A stretch of DNA of 64,000 nucleotides from Candidatus Woesebacteria bacterium (lineage in GTDB: Bacteria; Patescibacteriota; Microgenomatia; UBA1406; HO2-37-13b): contig JAGOSW010000001.1 of NCBI GenBank assembly GCA_018062135.1, forward strand, positions 73,521 to 137,520, in the 5' to 3' direction. The number at the start of each line of letters is the position of its first letter. Position 1 is the stretch's first letter. The position numbers were made by a program, and so were the translations under genes. The notes under the pieces are model-generated. The model was not told the DNA's origin and made no database searches. It worked only from the letters and a program-made list of their open reading frames with translations. Shown here piece after piece: positions 1 through 8,152 of this stretch.

Positions 1-17
1 TTTTTGTTTTCTTCGTA

Positions 18-731
18 TTGTGTCTGATAACTGGGCAAAGTTTTATTCTTCCGATGCATCAGTTTGTACAAATACTTTTAATATCTCTCGCTTTTAGCTA
101 TTTCGGAAACGTATTTTCATTATTAAGTATTGAACATGCACCGAATCCAGGATATCCACTTGTTATTTCTAAAAGCTACGTTGTTTTCACGACTATTATT
201 TCAATTCTCTTTCTTAATGGTGAATTTTCACTGAAGAAAACGATCGGTATTATCGTAATAGTTATTTTTTCTGCTCTGATTATGCTAGCTGACAAATCAT
301 CTAAAAAATCTAGAGACAGAAAATGGTTGCCATTAGCCTTTGGTGCATTCTTTTGTTGGGGTTTCTTGTCATTAAGTTCACGATATATGTTTGATCAAGG
401 AATAAATTTATATGTATATCTTTTTTATCTATATCTTGTCGTAACAACATGTATTATCTTAAATATTTCAAGAAAAAAAATTAACATGAAATTAATGTGG
501 GAGAACCCAATACTTTATTTGATTATTGGATTACTTTCGTTCAGTTTCAATTATTTTCAGTTTGAAGCGATAAAAACTGCGCCGAATATTGGTTATGTAA
601 ATGCTATCAATGCATCATCAATCTCGGCAGTTACACTTTTTGCCGCCCTCCTGTTTCACGACGAACTTACAAAGAGAAAATTGATAGGCGTTATAGGAGT
701 AACCTTTGGCTTGCTGATTATATTGTTATGA
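18..731 (+). CDS. EamA/DMT-family permease (true start uncertain, near window edge)
   Basis: Hydrophobic profile in two halves. The C-terminal half 'APNIGYVNAINASSISAVTLFAALLFHDELT' resembles the EamA repeat. Confidence 0.55.
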   Translation: MCLITGQSFILPMHQFVQILLISLAFSYFGNVFSLLSIEHAPNPGYPLVISKSYVVFTTIISILFLNGEFSLKKTIGIIVIVIFSALIMLADKSSKKSRDRKWLPLAFGAFFCWGFLSLSSRYMFDQGINLYVYLFYLYLVVTTCIILNISRKKINMKLMWENPILYLIIGLLSFSFNYFQFEAIKTAPNIGYVNAINASSISAVTLFAALLFHDELTKRKLIGVIGVTFGLLIILL

Positions 732-796
732 TATTAACCTATCTAGTAATTTATATGCGGCAATTCTCGAAGTATATAAATCGTTAAGAAAGTAAA

Positions 797-1942
797 ATGG
801 GTAAATTCTTTATTATCTTTTTTCTCTATCATCTTTTTCGAGCCTTCTTTATCGGAGTTACGACGCCACCTGTAGAAGGAGATAGCCTTGCATATCACAT
901 TCCAATTGCGCAAGAAATGTGGAATGGTGGACTTTTCCACCCAAAAGATATTCTTCATTTTTATCCAAGTGTCGGCGAAGCGATTCTTTCCATTTTTTAC
1001 CTCTTCCACATTCCTGCAAACATTTTCAATGTTGTAGGAACAATCTTATTGTTTCTTGCTACGAGAATTCTTGGGAAACAATCAGGTCTTAAGAATGAAT
1101 TGCCAACAATCTTTGCAGTTGCAGTATGTTTGCTGCCAATAACACTTCGATGGATTAATACCCAAGTAATAGATGTATGGCTCGCAATATTTTTTGTATG
1201 GAGTTTAGTTCTCCTTCAGAAGCCTAAAAAATCTGCAAAGTATTATCTGCTATTGGGTACGTCGCTTGGATTACTAATAGGAATAAAAAATTCTGGACCA
1301 GTCTTCGCAGCACTACTTTTAGTAGTGTATTGGGAAAAGATTAAGAGATATCTGCAACCGAAGAACGTATTTAATTTTGCTATTCCAGTAAGTATCCTTG
1401 GCATATTTTGGTATGTGCGTAATGTATTTTTAGTAGGTAATCCTTTGTACCCTCAAGCAGTTCTAGGACTTAAAGGCGCTCCGAATTGGGATATTCTTAA
1501 ATGGCGCGTTGGAGAAATTGCGATATGGTATCCGGATAAAATATTTAATGCATTAATTAGCGAATACATGGTTTGGAGTATTGCGGTTATAGTGCCATTA
1601 ATATTTATCAGATATGTTCACGATAATAGTGATATTAGAAAACTATTACTAATAGGCTATGCAAATCTATTATTCTTCTTGTTCCTACCGACGTCCCCAG
1701 AATACAGCATTATTGTTTCTAGTTTTCGTTATGCCTACCCAATGATAATTCCATTGATGTTAGTGACATTTTTTATCCTGCAAAGAATAAAGAAAGAAAA
1801 AATTATCATGCTACTTTCGTTAGCAAATATACTGTTCTTGCCAGGATATGAATATCAACCTAAGCTGCTTTTTATTTTTCTAGTAGGAGTCTTGTTATAC
1901 TTTCATAAGCATGACAAAGCTACCAACAACAGCGTCTTCTAA
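797..1942 (+). CDS. Polytopic membrane protein, candidate GT-C (ArnT/PMT-like) glycosyltransferase
   Basis: 381 aa with more than 10 predicted TM segments, overall resembling GT-C/ArnT-PMT-type membrane glycosyltransferases by eye. No specific catalytic motif was identified. Confidence 0.4.
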   Translation: MGKFFIIFFLYHLFRAFFIGVTTPPVEGDSLAYHIPIAQEMWNGGLFHPKDILHFYPSVGEAILSIFYLFHIPANIFNVVGTILLFLATRILGKQSGLKNELPTIFAVAVCLLPITLRWINTQVIDVWLAIFFVWSLVLLQKPKKSAKYYLLLGTSLGLLIGIKNSGPVFAALLLVVYWEKIKRYLQPKNVFNFAIPVSILGIFWYVRNVFLVGNPLYPQAVLGLKGAPNWDILKWRVGEIAIWYPDKIFNALISEYMVWSIAVIVPLIFIRYVHDNSDIRKLLLIGYANLLFFLFLPTSPEYSIIVSSFRYAYPMIIPLMLVTFFILQRIKKEKIIMLLSLANILFLPGYEYQPKLLFIFLVGVLLYFHKHDKATNNSVF

Positions 1943-2024
1943 ATCAATCTATAAAAATCAGTTTGTGGAAATAAAAGTAGACACCCTCTCACTTGATGGA
2001 AATTCTTCGGAATATTCAATAACA

Positions 2025-2687
2025 TTATAGCCAATCGATAGGGGCGATATTATGTTTGGCGAGATATTCGTTGCATTGACTAAAGTGATGATTGTTGTAA
2101 AAAAGTGAGACGGAATATGGTGAAGGATGGGCGGATGTCAGGACAAGATTTTCTTCTCGATCAATAACTTCTCCTTTTTTCTGTGCGTATTTTCCCCAGA
2201 GCATGTAGACAATATTCTTGCGGTCTTTATTAAGTGCGCCAATAACTGCATCGGTAAAAACTTCCCAACCTTTTCCTGCATGAGAAGCGGGTTTGCTTGC
2301 AAGAACGGTTAAGACACTGTTTAACATAAGAACGCCTTGGCTTGCCCAGCGAGTGAGATCTCCGGAAGGCAGTGGGTCAATATGTAAGTCATTGCGAATT
2401 TCTTGATAGATGTTTTTTAATGAGGGAGGAAGGCTAACGCCGTCATTGACGGAAAATGAGAGGCCATTTGCTTGTCCTTTTCCATGGTATGGATCTTGGC
2501 CGACGATAACTACTTTTACTTTATCGAATGGGCAAAGGTCGAAAGCGCGAAATACATTGGAGGATGGAGGGTAAACAGTATCTGAAAGATATTGTGAGCG
2601 AATTGTATCAGTAAGGGTATGCCAATAGGGTTTTTCAAATTCTTCTGAGAGGGCTTCTTTCCATGTGGGATCAATTTTTACGTCCAT
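2025..2687 (-). CDS. ung: Uracil-DNA glycosylase, family 1
   Basis: Motifs 'GQDPYHG', 'LLLN-like MLNSVLTV' and 'HPSPYS', with typical length of 220 aa. Confidence 0.95.
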   Translation of the reverse strand: MDVKIDPTWKEALSEEFEKPYWHTLTDTIRSQYLSDTVYPPSSNVFRAFDLCPFDKVKVVIVGQDPYHGKGQANGLSFSVNDGVSLPPSLKNIYQEIRNDLHIDPLPSGDLTRWASQGVLMLNSVLTVLASKPASHAGKGWEVFTDAVIGALNKDRKNIVYMLWGKYAQKKGEVIDREENLVLTSAHPSPYSVSLFYNNHHFSQCNEYLAKHNIAPIDWL

Positions 2688-2729
2688 AAGTTTTATAAGT
2701 AGATTTTATCATCTTATGAAGAAAAGAGC

Positions 2730-2759
2730 GGGCCCCCTCCGACGTATCGGAGGGGGCCC
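2730..2759 (-). terminator. GC-clamp hairpin terminator downstream of the GC-rich ORF
   Basis: GGGCCCCCTCCGA-cgta-TCGGAGGGGGCCC is a perfect 13-bp stem. On the minus strand it is followed by gctcttttctt. Confidence 0.6.
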
Positions 2760-2785
2760 TGCGTTGCGCGACGAGCCGAGTTGGC

Positions 2786-3328
2786 TCACCAAGGTCTGTT
2801 TGTACCGACTTCTGCCAGGAAGATCTTGACGGAATCCTGGGGGACGAGCTGTCCGGCGTATACTCCACGACCATCGGCTGACCTGAAGTACACCAGCAGA
2901 AGCGTCACACCGTCAACTTGGGTCTTGTAGGTTACCCATCGACCCATGATCCCAATTCGATACTCGTTGTTTGGACCAATGATGACGCTGCGACCACCAT
3001 AGTCAATGTCGTATCTGTACAACACGCCATTGTAGGTAAGGTTGTCTGGAATGAGCCCAGTCCACGATGGAGCCGATTCTGGGTCGATTTTCCGCATGAG
3101 GCGAATCTCGTCCAGCTCGCTTTTGCCGCCTTCGCCAAACTCATATCCAAGCCCAAGATAGTCCCATTCCCGTCGAGGCCCCAGTCCATAGATTCGATCA
3201 ATGAGCCTTGCTTCATCATCTTCGTCGAAGACTAATTCGACTTCTGTGATGAACGTCGCTGACTGCTCAGCATGGACGACGGCGACCATGCCTGCGTACC
3301 CATCGGTGATGGGAACATCGATGACCAT
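2786..3328 (-). CDS. Hypothetical protein (180 aa) encoded by a compositionally foreign, GC-rich ORF
   Basis: Long ORF with a GGAG Shine-Dalgarno 10 nt upstream. The sample line 3061-3120 has 35/60 G+C against 21/60 in native line 9421-9480. I recognise no motif. Confidence 0.7.
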   Translation of the reverse strand: MVIDVPITDGYAGMVAVVHAEQSATFITEVELVFDEDDEARLIDRIYGLGPRREWDYLGLGYEFGEGGKSELDEIRLMRKIDPESAPSWTGLIPDNLTYNGVLYRYDIDYGGRSVIIGPNNEYRIGIMGRWVTYKTQVDGVTLLLVYFRSADGRGVYAGQLVPQDSVKIFLAEVGTNRPW

Positions 3329-3384
3329 CTTTTTAGCACTCCAATCTTGTGTAGGTGCGCGCGAACGAAGCCTATATTATACCA
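3329..3384 (-). promoter_or_regulatory. Extended -10 promoter (TGGTATAAT, -10 at 3376-3381) plus about 40-nt leader with GGAG (3339-3342)
   Basis: Read on the minus strand: tttggTATAATataggcttcgttcgcgcgcacctacacaagattGGAGtgctaaaaagATG. Confidence 0.55.
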
Positions 3385-3435
3385 AACTATAGGTTATTCT
3401 TCTAACCTGAGCGCGCAAATTAGTATAATAGTCAC

Positions 3436-4491
3436 ATGAATCTTGCAGATTTTGATTACGAGCTACCACCAAGCCATATTGCAAACCAACCAACATTTCC
3501 GCGTGATGCTTCAAAATTAATGCTTATCAATAGAAAAACAAATGAGATTTCACATCATATATTTAAGGAATTGCCCGAACTCCTGGATAAAAACACCCTT
3601 CTTGTTCTTAACGATACTCGCGTGTATCCGGCACGAATTTATGGAAAAAAATCCACCGGTGGAAAAGTTGAGATGTTGCTTGTTAAGAAATTGGAAAATA
3701 ATATGTGGGAAGCTTTGACGAAACCTGGTCTTAGTGAGGGGACCATCGTGGATTTTGGTGAATTTACAATCGAAGTAATCGAAAAGCGAGAACGAACGTC
3801 ATTGATAAAACCAAATATTTCTGAAGATGAATTTTACAAAATTCTAGAAAAAACAGGCTCAATTCCCATTCCTCCCTATATTCATTCATCACTTTCAAGA
3901 GACGAATTAAAAGAAAAATACCAAACAGTATATGCAAATGAAACAGGATCAGCAGCTGCCCCAACAGCAGGATTGCATTTTACTTCTGAAGTATTTGAGG
4001 CATTACGGAAGAAAGGTATTGAAGTTGTATCGCTTACTTTACATGTCGGATTAGGAACCTTTGCACCAATTGATGATGAGAAGATAAAAGAAGGCAAGCT
4101 TCATGCTGAATATTTTGAAATCACAAAAGAAGAAGCAGAGAAAATTAATGCAGCAAAAAAATCTGGAAAGAAAATTATATCCGTCGGAACGACGACTCTT
4201 CGTGCATTAGAATCGGCGACTGATGATAATGGTTTATTGCAGCCTTTTATGGGCGAAACGACAATATTTATTAAACCGGGCTATTCGTTTCGCATGGTCG
4301 ATGGATTAATAACGAATTTTCATCTTCCAAAATCATCATTGCTTATGTTGGTATCGGCATTTTCCAGCTTTCCAAACACAGATGTTATTTTTACTGATTT
4401 TTCTCACAACGTAATTGGAAAAGCATATGAGAAAGCAATAGAAAATGACTATCGCTTTTTTTCGTTCGGCGATGCAACATTAGTACTATGA
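3436..4491 (+). CDS. queA: S-adenosylmethionine:tRNA ribosyltransferase-isomerase
   Basis: N-terminus 'LADFDYELPPSHIANQP', plus 'GSAAAPTAGLHF' and 'VGTTTLRALES' are typical of QueA. Confidence 0.95.
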   Translation: MNLADFDYELPPSHIANQPTFPRDASKLMLINRKTNEISHHIFKELPELLDKNTLLVLNDTRVYPARIYGKKSTGGKVEMLLVKKLENNMWEALTKPGLSEGTIVDFGEFTIEVIEKRERTSLIKPNISEDEFYKILEKTGSIPIPPYIHSSLSRDELKEKYQTVYANETGSAAAPTAGLHFTSEVFEALRKKGIEVVSLTLHVGLGTFAPIDDEKIKEGKLHAEYFEITKEEAEKINAAKKSGKKIISVGTTTLRALESATDDNGLLQPFMGETTIFIKPGYSFRMVDGLITNFHLPKSSLLMLVSAFSSFPNTDVIFTDFSHNVIGKAYEKAIENDYRFFSFGDATLVL

Positions 4492-5858
4492 AGAAACATT
4501 GGCATTGGATAGTTTTGGGAATTTCTATTCTCAGTTATGTTGTTGTTTTATCTTGGCTCTCAATTCTTCGTCATAATGCATTTGCGTCCGGTCTTGATCT
4601 GGGAAACATGGATCAAACAGTGTGGAATGGACTGCATGGAAGACCCTTTTCATTAACCTATGAAGGATTTAATCAACTTCGTTTTGCAGCTCACGCGGAT
4701 TTTTTTCTTATTCTCCTGAGCCCTCTGTATGTATTATGGAATAGCCCCCACACGCTTAATGTATTCGAGTCGCTATATCTTGGTCTAGGAGCTATACCAG
4801 TTTTTCTCATCGCGCGGCATCTGTTGAAAGATGTAAAACTCGCGCTCCTTTTTTCGGCAATCTATTTATTAAGTCCAGTGACGCAATGGATTGATATCTT
4901 TGATTTCCATTCTGTGTCATTTGCAGTTCCTTCATTACTTTTAGCATACTACTTTGTTCTGAAAAAGCAGTGGGGTTGGTATGGCATATCAATTTTTCTT
5001 GCTCTGCTTACGAAAGAACATATAGGTCTGCAAGTTGCAGTTTTGGGACTCATTATTGCGTTGGTTCATAAAGAAAAAAAGATGGGAGTTACCACATGCT
5101 TTTTAGGAAGTCTGTGGTTTTTTGTCATGGTCTTTGTAATTCTTCCACAGTTTAGTCTATCGGGAGAACACTGGGCATTTGCCTGGTATGATTTTGGCGC
5201 GAATATGATTAATCGCGTATTCTTTGATTCCGAGATTCGCGCATATTATGTATTGGTTCTAAAATCATTTGGCTTTCTGCCTCTACTTGGTCTTCCTTGG
5301 CTTATTCTGACGGCCCCAGATTTAGCAATAAACGTTCTTAGTTCTCATGCAGAAATGCATTCGATTAAATATCACTACACCAGCGGTCTTGTTCCTGGTC
5401 TTATGATCGCAGCGATATATGGCATGCTATTTGTAAAAAAGTTTGTAAGATTCCCAGTGGTTTCTTATGTAATTATGTTAGGTGCTTTGCTTATTGTTCT
5501 CCGTGTGAATTACCATTTCAGTCCTCTCCCAACGACTGAGTCATGTTGGTGCCAAAGTTATGAAGTCTCAGCAGATGACAAAGAATTTGAAAAAGTTCTG
5601 CAAAGTATTCCTACTTCTGCATCGGTAACGTCTTCGACAGAATTGCATGCCCATGTAACGCATCGCGAATTTGCCTATATGTTGCCGCACGCAACAGAAT
5701 CAGCAGACTTTATTGCGCTTATCGATCAGCATCGCGTTATCGATAACTATGGTCCGAAGCAATATGAATTGGACTTAGTTAAAAAACTTAATGAAGAAAA
5801 AAACTATGTGTTAGAAAAACACATCGGCCACTTCTATTTATATAAAAGATTGCAGTGA
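4488..5858 (+). CDS. DUF2079-family integral membrane protein
   Basis: Polytopic protein with 'GLDLGNMDQTVWN' near the N-terminus, characteristic of DUF2079. Its start overlaps the queA stop by 4 nt. Confidence 0.7.
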   Translation: MKKHWHWIVLGISILSYVVVLSWLSILRHNAFASGLDLGNMDQTVWNGLHGRPFSLTYEGFNQLRFAAHADFFLILLSPLYVLWNSPHTLNVFESLYLGLGAIPVFLIARHLLKDVKLALLFSAIYLLSPVTQWIDIFDFHSVSFAVPSLLLAYYFVLKKQWGWYGISIFLALLTKEHIGLQVAVLGLIIALVHKEKKMGVTTCFLGSLWFFVMVFVILPQFSLSGEHWAFAWYDFGANMINRVFFDSEIRAYYVLVLKSFGFLPLLGLPWLILTAPDLAINVLSSHAEMHSIKYHYTSGLVPGLMIAAIYGMLFVKKFVRFPVVSYVIMLGALLIVLRVNYHFSPLPTTESCWCQSYEVSADDKEFEKVLQSIPTSASVTSSTELHAHVTHREFAYMLPHATESADFIALIDQHRVIDNYGPKQYELDLVKKLNEEKNYVLEKHIGHFYLYKRLQ

Positions 5859-5869
5859 TATAATAAATC

Positions 5870-6133
5870 ATGGATACAAAAGTACTCGCAGATATAATCG
5901 GCTACCTAGCAGCTTTTATCGGATCATGTATGTTTATGCCTCAGGCATATCAAGTTTGGAAAACTAAGGACACGTCAGGTATTTCTTTCATGTCATATCT
6001 CTTACTTTTAATCGTGTCGATACTTTGGGTGATATACGGAAATCTCATGCACGCTACTCCAGTAATAATAGTTAATACAATCATCACCGTACTTAGTCTT
6101 TACATTGTGCTCATGAAGGTTCGTCATAAATAA
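5870..6133 (+). CDS. SemiSWEET / PQ-loop sugar transporter (3-TM)
   Basis: 87 aa with three TM segments and the PQ motif 'FMPQAYQVWKTKDTSGIS'. Confidence 0.85.
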   Translation: MDTKVLADIIGYLAAFIGSCMFMPQAYQVWKTKDTSGISFMSYLLLLIVSILWVIYGNLMHATPVIIVNTIITVLSLYIVLMKVRHK

Positions 6134-6135
6134 CC

Positions 6136-6351
6136 ATGAAGCCAGGAATCTATCAGCACTTCAAAGGAAAAAAATATAAAGTCCACGGACTCGTGAAACA
6201 TTCAGAAACTTTGGAGGACCTGGTCCTGTATGAAGCACTCTACGAAAATGCTTTGGGAAAAATGTGGGTGCGGCCGAAAGAAATGTTTCTTGAAGAAGTA
6301 GAAGTAGAGGGAAAAAAAGTCACCCGTTTTACATTTATTAGCGAAGAATAA
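6136..6351 (+). CDS. DUF1653 domain protein
   Basis: 'YQHFKGKKYKV...LVLYEALY...WVRPKEMF' matches the DUF1653 pattern. Confidence 0.8.
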   Translation: MKPGIYQHFKGKKYKVHGLVKHSETLEDLVLYEALYENALGKMWVRPKEMFLEEVEVEGKKVTRFTFISEE

Positions 6352-6360
6352 TTTCATTCA

Positions 6361-6942
6361 ATGAGCAGCCAATATATCGGAATTGCATCCGCTGTCTTAA
6401 ATCTAATTTCTGCTGTACCGTACGTGTATGCAATTTTCAAAGGGAAGGCCAGACCAAATCGAGTTACCTGGGTTATCTGGACATTCTTAGCATGGACTCT
6501 ACTATTTGCTTCTCTTGAAAGCGGTGCTTTTGCAACAACCTTTTGGATGGCAAGTTCGGCTTTAATTTGCACAACAATTACGATGCTATCCTTTTGGCGT
6601 GGAACATACGAGAAAGATTACATCGATATCGGGTGCTTCATATTTGGAATGATAGGGGTAGTTTTATGGAAGCTTACGAGTAATGCATCCGTGAGTGTGT
6701 ATATCGGCTCTTTTGTGGATATTATTGCGATACTACCGACGGTAAGAAAAGCGTGGAAGAATCCTGCCAGTGAACCGCGCGTTGCTTGGTCGCTCGGATT
6801 TATTGCTGCTCTATTAAATATCTTGGCTATAGATGCAATGAGACTTGTCATTATCGTGCAGCCGGTCGTAGTAGTGATCTGGCATATGATGATATTAGTG
6901 CCGTTGTATTTTAGAAAGCGAAAAAATCTATCAGTGGTATAA
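6361..6942 (+). CDS. Membrane protein with two PQ-loop-like repeats
   Basis: About 6 TM segments. Repeat 1 is 'ISAVPYVYAIFKGKARPNRVTW' and repeat 2 is 'ILPTVRKAWKNPASEPRVAW'. Confidence 0.5.
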   Translation: MSSQYIGIASAVLNLISAVPYVYAIFKGKARPNRVTWVIWTFLAWTLLFASLESGAFATTFWMASSALICTTITMLSFWRGTYEKDYIDIGCFIFGMIGVVLWKLTSNASVSVYIGSFVDIIAILPTVRKAWKNPASEPRVAWSLGFIAALLNILAIDAMRLVIIVQPVVVVIWHMMILVPLYFRKRKNLSVV

Positions 6943-6949
6943 TGCCAAT

Positions 6950-7990
6950 ATGTCGCGAACAATTCACAAAGAAGATCTTGATGCGTTTAGAAAGTTTGAT
7001 CTCCAAGAAGGCGCAAAAATTTATCGTGAATTACGCGATGAAATTAATTCAGCCGGACTTCTCAACCGCTCCTACGGCTATTACATTGTCCTAACAGCCT
7101 TTACATATATCGGATTCTTTTCCTCACTAGTCGCCATCTATCTAAGTCATAATCCAATCGTTATCACGATTCTCTCAATAATGTTTGCCGTTTTTTCAGT
7201 CCAAATATCTGGCCTCATTCATGATGCAGCCCATCGAGCCATTTTTAAATCACCAAAACTCAATGATATGTTTGGGCACTTCTTATCAGCAACAGTCGCG
7301 ACTGGGTATAGTAACTGGAGAGTCGCGCACGATAGACATCATGCAAAACCAAATCAAGATGGATTCGATCCCGATGTAGAAGTTCCTTTTAGTTTTACAC
7401 CTGAACGTTTTAAAAATAGTAAGGGGTTAGCTCGCCAAATAGGAAAATATCAAGCATATCTTTATTATCCACTTGGAACTTTAACATCACTGTCTGTTCG
7501 TTTTAAGAAAATGGTGTACTTTCAAGAAAATTGGCGTCGTGAAATATGGGGAGAAGTTCTTTTATTCATTGTCGCCATCGTATTACATTTTTCGATTCCT
7601 ATTTTCTTTTTCGGTATTGTAAAAGGCTTAGGGTTCTTAACAATCGTCACATTAGCAGAAGGATTTTACTTATTTAATGTCTTCGCGCCGAACCATAAAG
7701 GCATGCCCGAACTCGGCGACGACGTATCGCTCTCCTTTTTCGAGCAACAAGTCGTAACGGCGCGCAATGTATCTTCAAGTTCAGTCATCGACTACATTTT
7801 TCTCGGCCTGAACTTTCAAATCGAACACCACCTTTTCCCTACAGCCCCAAGAAATAAATTGCCTAAAATTGTTCCGTACGTAGAAAAGGTTTGCAAAAAG
7901 CATGGTCTTGACCATACAGAAACTAGCGCAGTAGAATCGGCTAAATTGCTTTTTAATGAAATGAAGGAAATGTCGAAAAGCTATGCGTAG
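6950..7990 (+). CDS. Membrane fatty-acid desaturase family protein
   Basis: Three His boxes, 'HDAAH', 'HDRHH' and 'QIEHHLFP', plus N-terminal TM segments. Confidence 0.9.
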   Translation: MSRTIHKEDLDAFRKFDLQEGAKIYRELRDEINSAGLLNRSYGYYIVLTAFTYIGFFSSLVAIYLSHNPIVITILSIMFAVFSVQISGLIHDAAHRAIFKSPKLNDMFGHFLSATVATGYSNWRVAHDRHHAKPNQDGFDPDVEVPFSFTPERFKNSKGLARQIGKYQAYLYYPLGTLTSLSVRFKKMVYFQENWRREIWGEVLLFIVAIVLHFSIPIFFFGIVKGLGFLTIVTLAEGFYLFNVFAPNHKGMPELGDDVSLSFFEQQVVTARNVSSSSVIDYIFLGLNFQIEHHLFPTAPRNKLPKIVPYVEKVCKKHGLDHTETSAVESAKLLFNEMKEMSKSYA

Positions 7991-7992
7991 CT

Positions 7993-8130
7993 TTACGGAT
8001 TTCTTCGAGAAGGTTGTCTGATCGCGGTGAAGACTTTCTTTCCACTAGAAAATCCTTTCATCTTCTGGTGCTTTCCAGGAATAGACTCCCTCATAAATGA
8101 ATGAATTGGATTATTTTTGTCCTTTGCCAT
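7993..8130 (-). CDS. Small basic ORF (45 aa), not in the supplied ORF track
   Basis: ATG at 8130-8128 and TAA at 7995-7993. The product is MAKDKNNPIHSFMRESIPGKHQKMKGFSSGKKVFTAIRQPSRRNP. It fills an otherwise empty 160-bp gap. Confidence 0.25.
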   Translation of the reverse strand: MAKDKNNPIHSFMRESIPGKHQKMKGFSSGKKVFTAIRQPSRRNP

Positions 8131-8152
8131 GTAAAGTATTATAATACATTAC

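Noticed and set aside
743-1009. 88-aa minus-strand ORF
   Set aside because: It overlaps the 5' end of the 381-aa membrane-protein gene in antisense and has no supporting signals.
2918-3392. Track ORFs 2918-3235(+), 2932-3219(-), 3201-3392(+) and 2671-2874(-), which overlap the 180-aa ORF
   Set aside because: They lie in other frames or on the other strand of the GC-rich ORF. High G+C suppresses stop codons in all frames. Their products are low-complexity, and the 180-aa frame is the longest, with an SD and a terminator.
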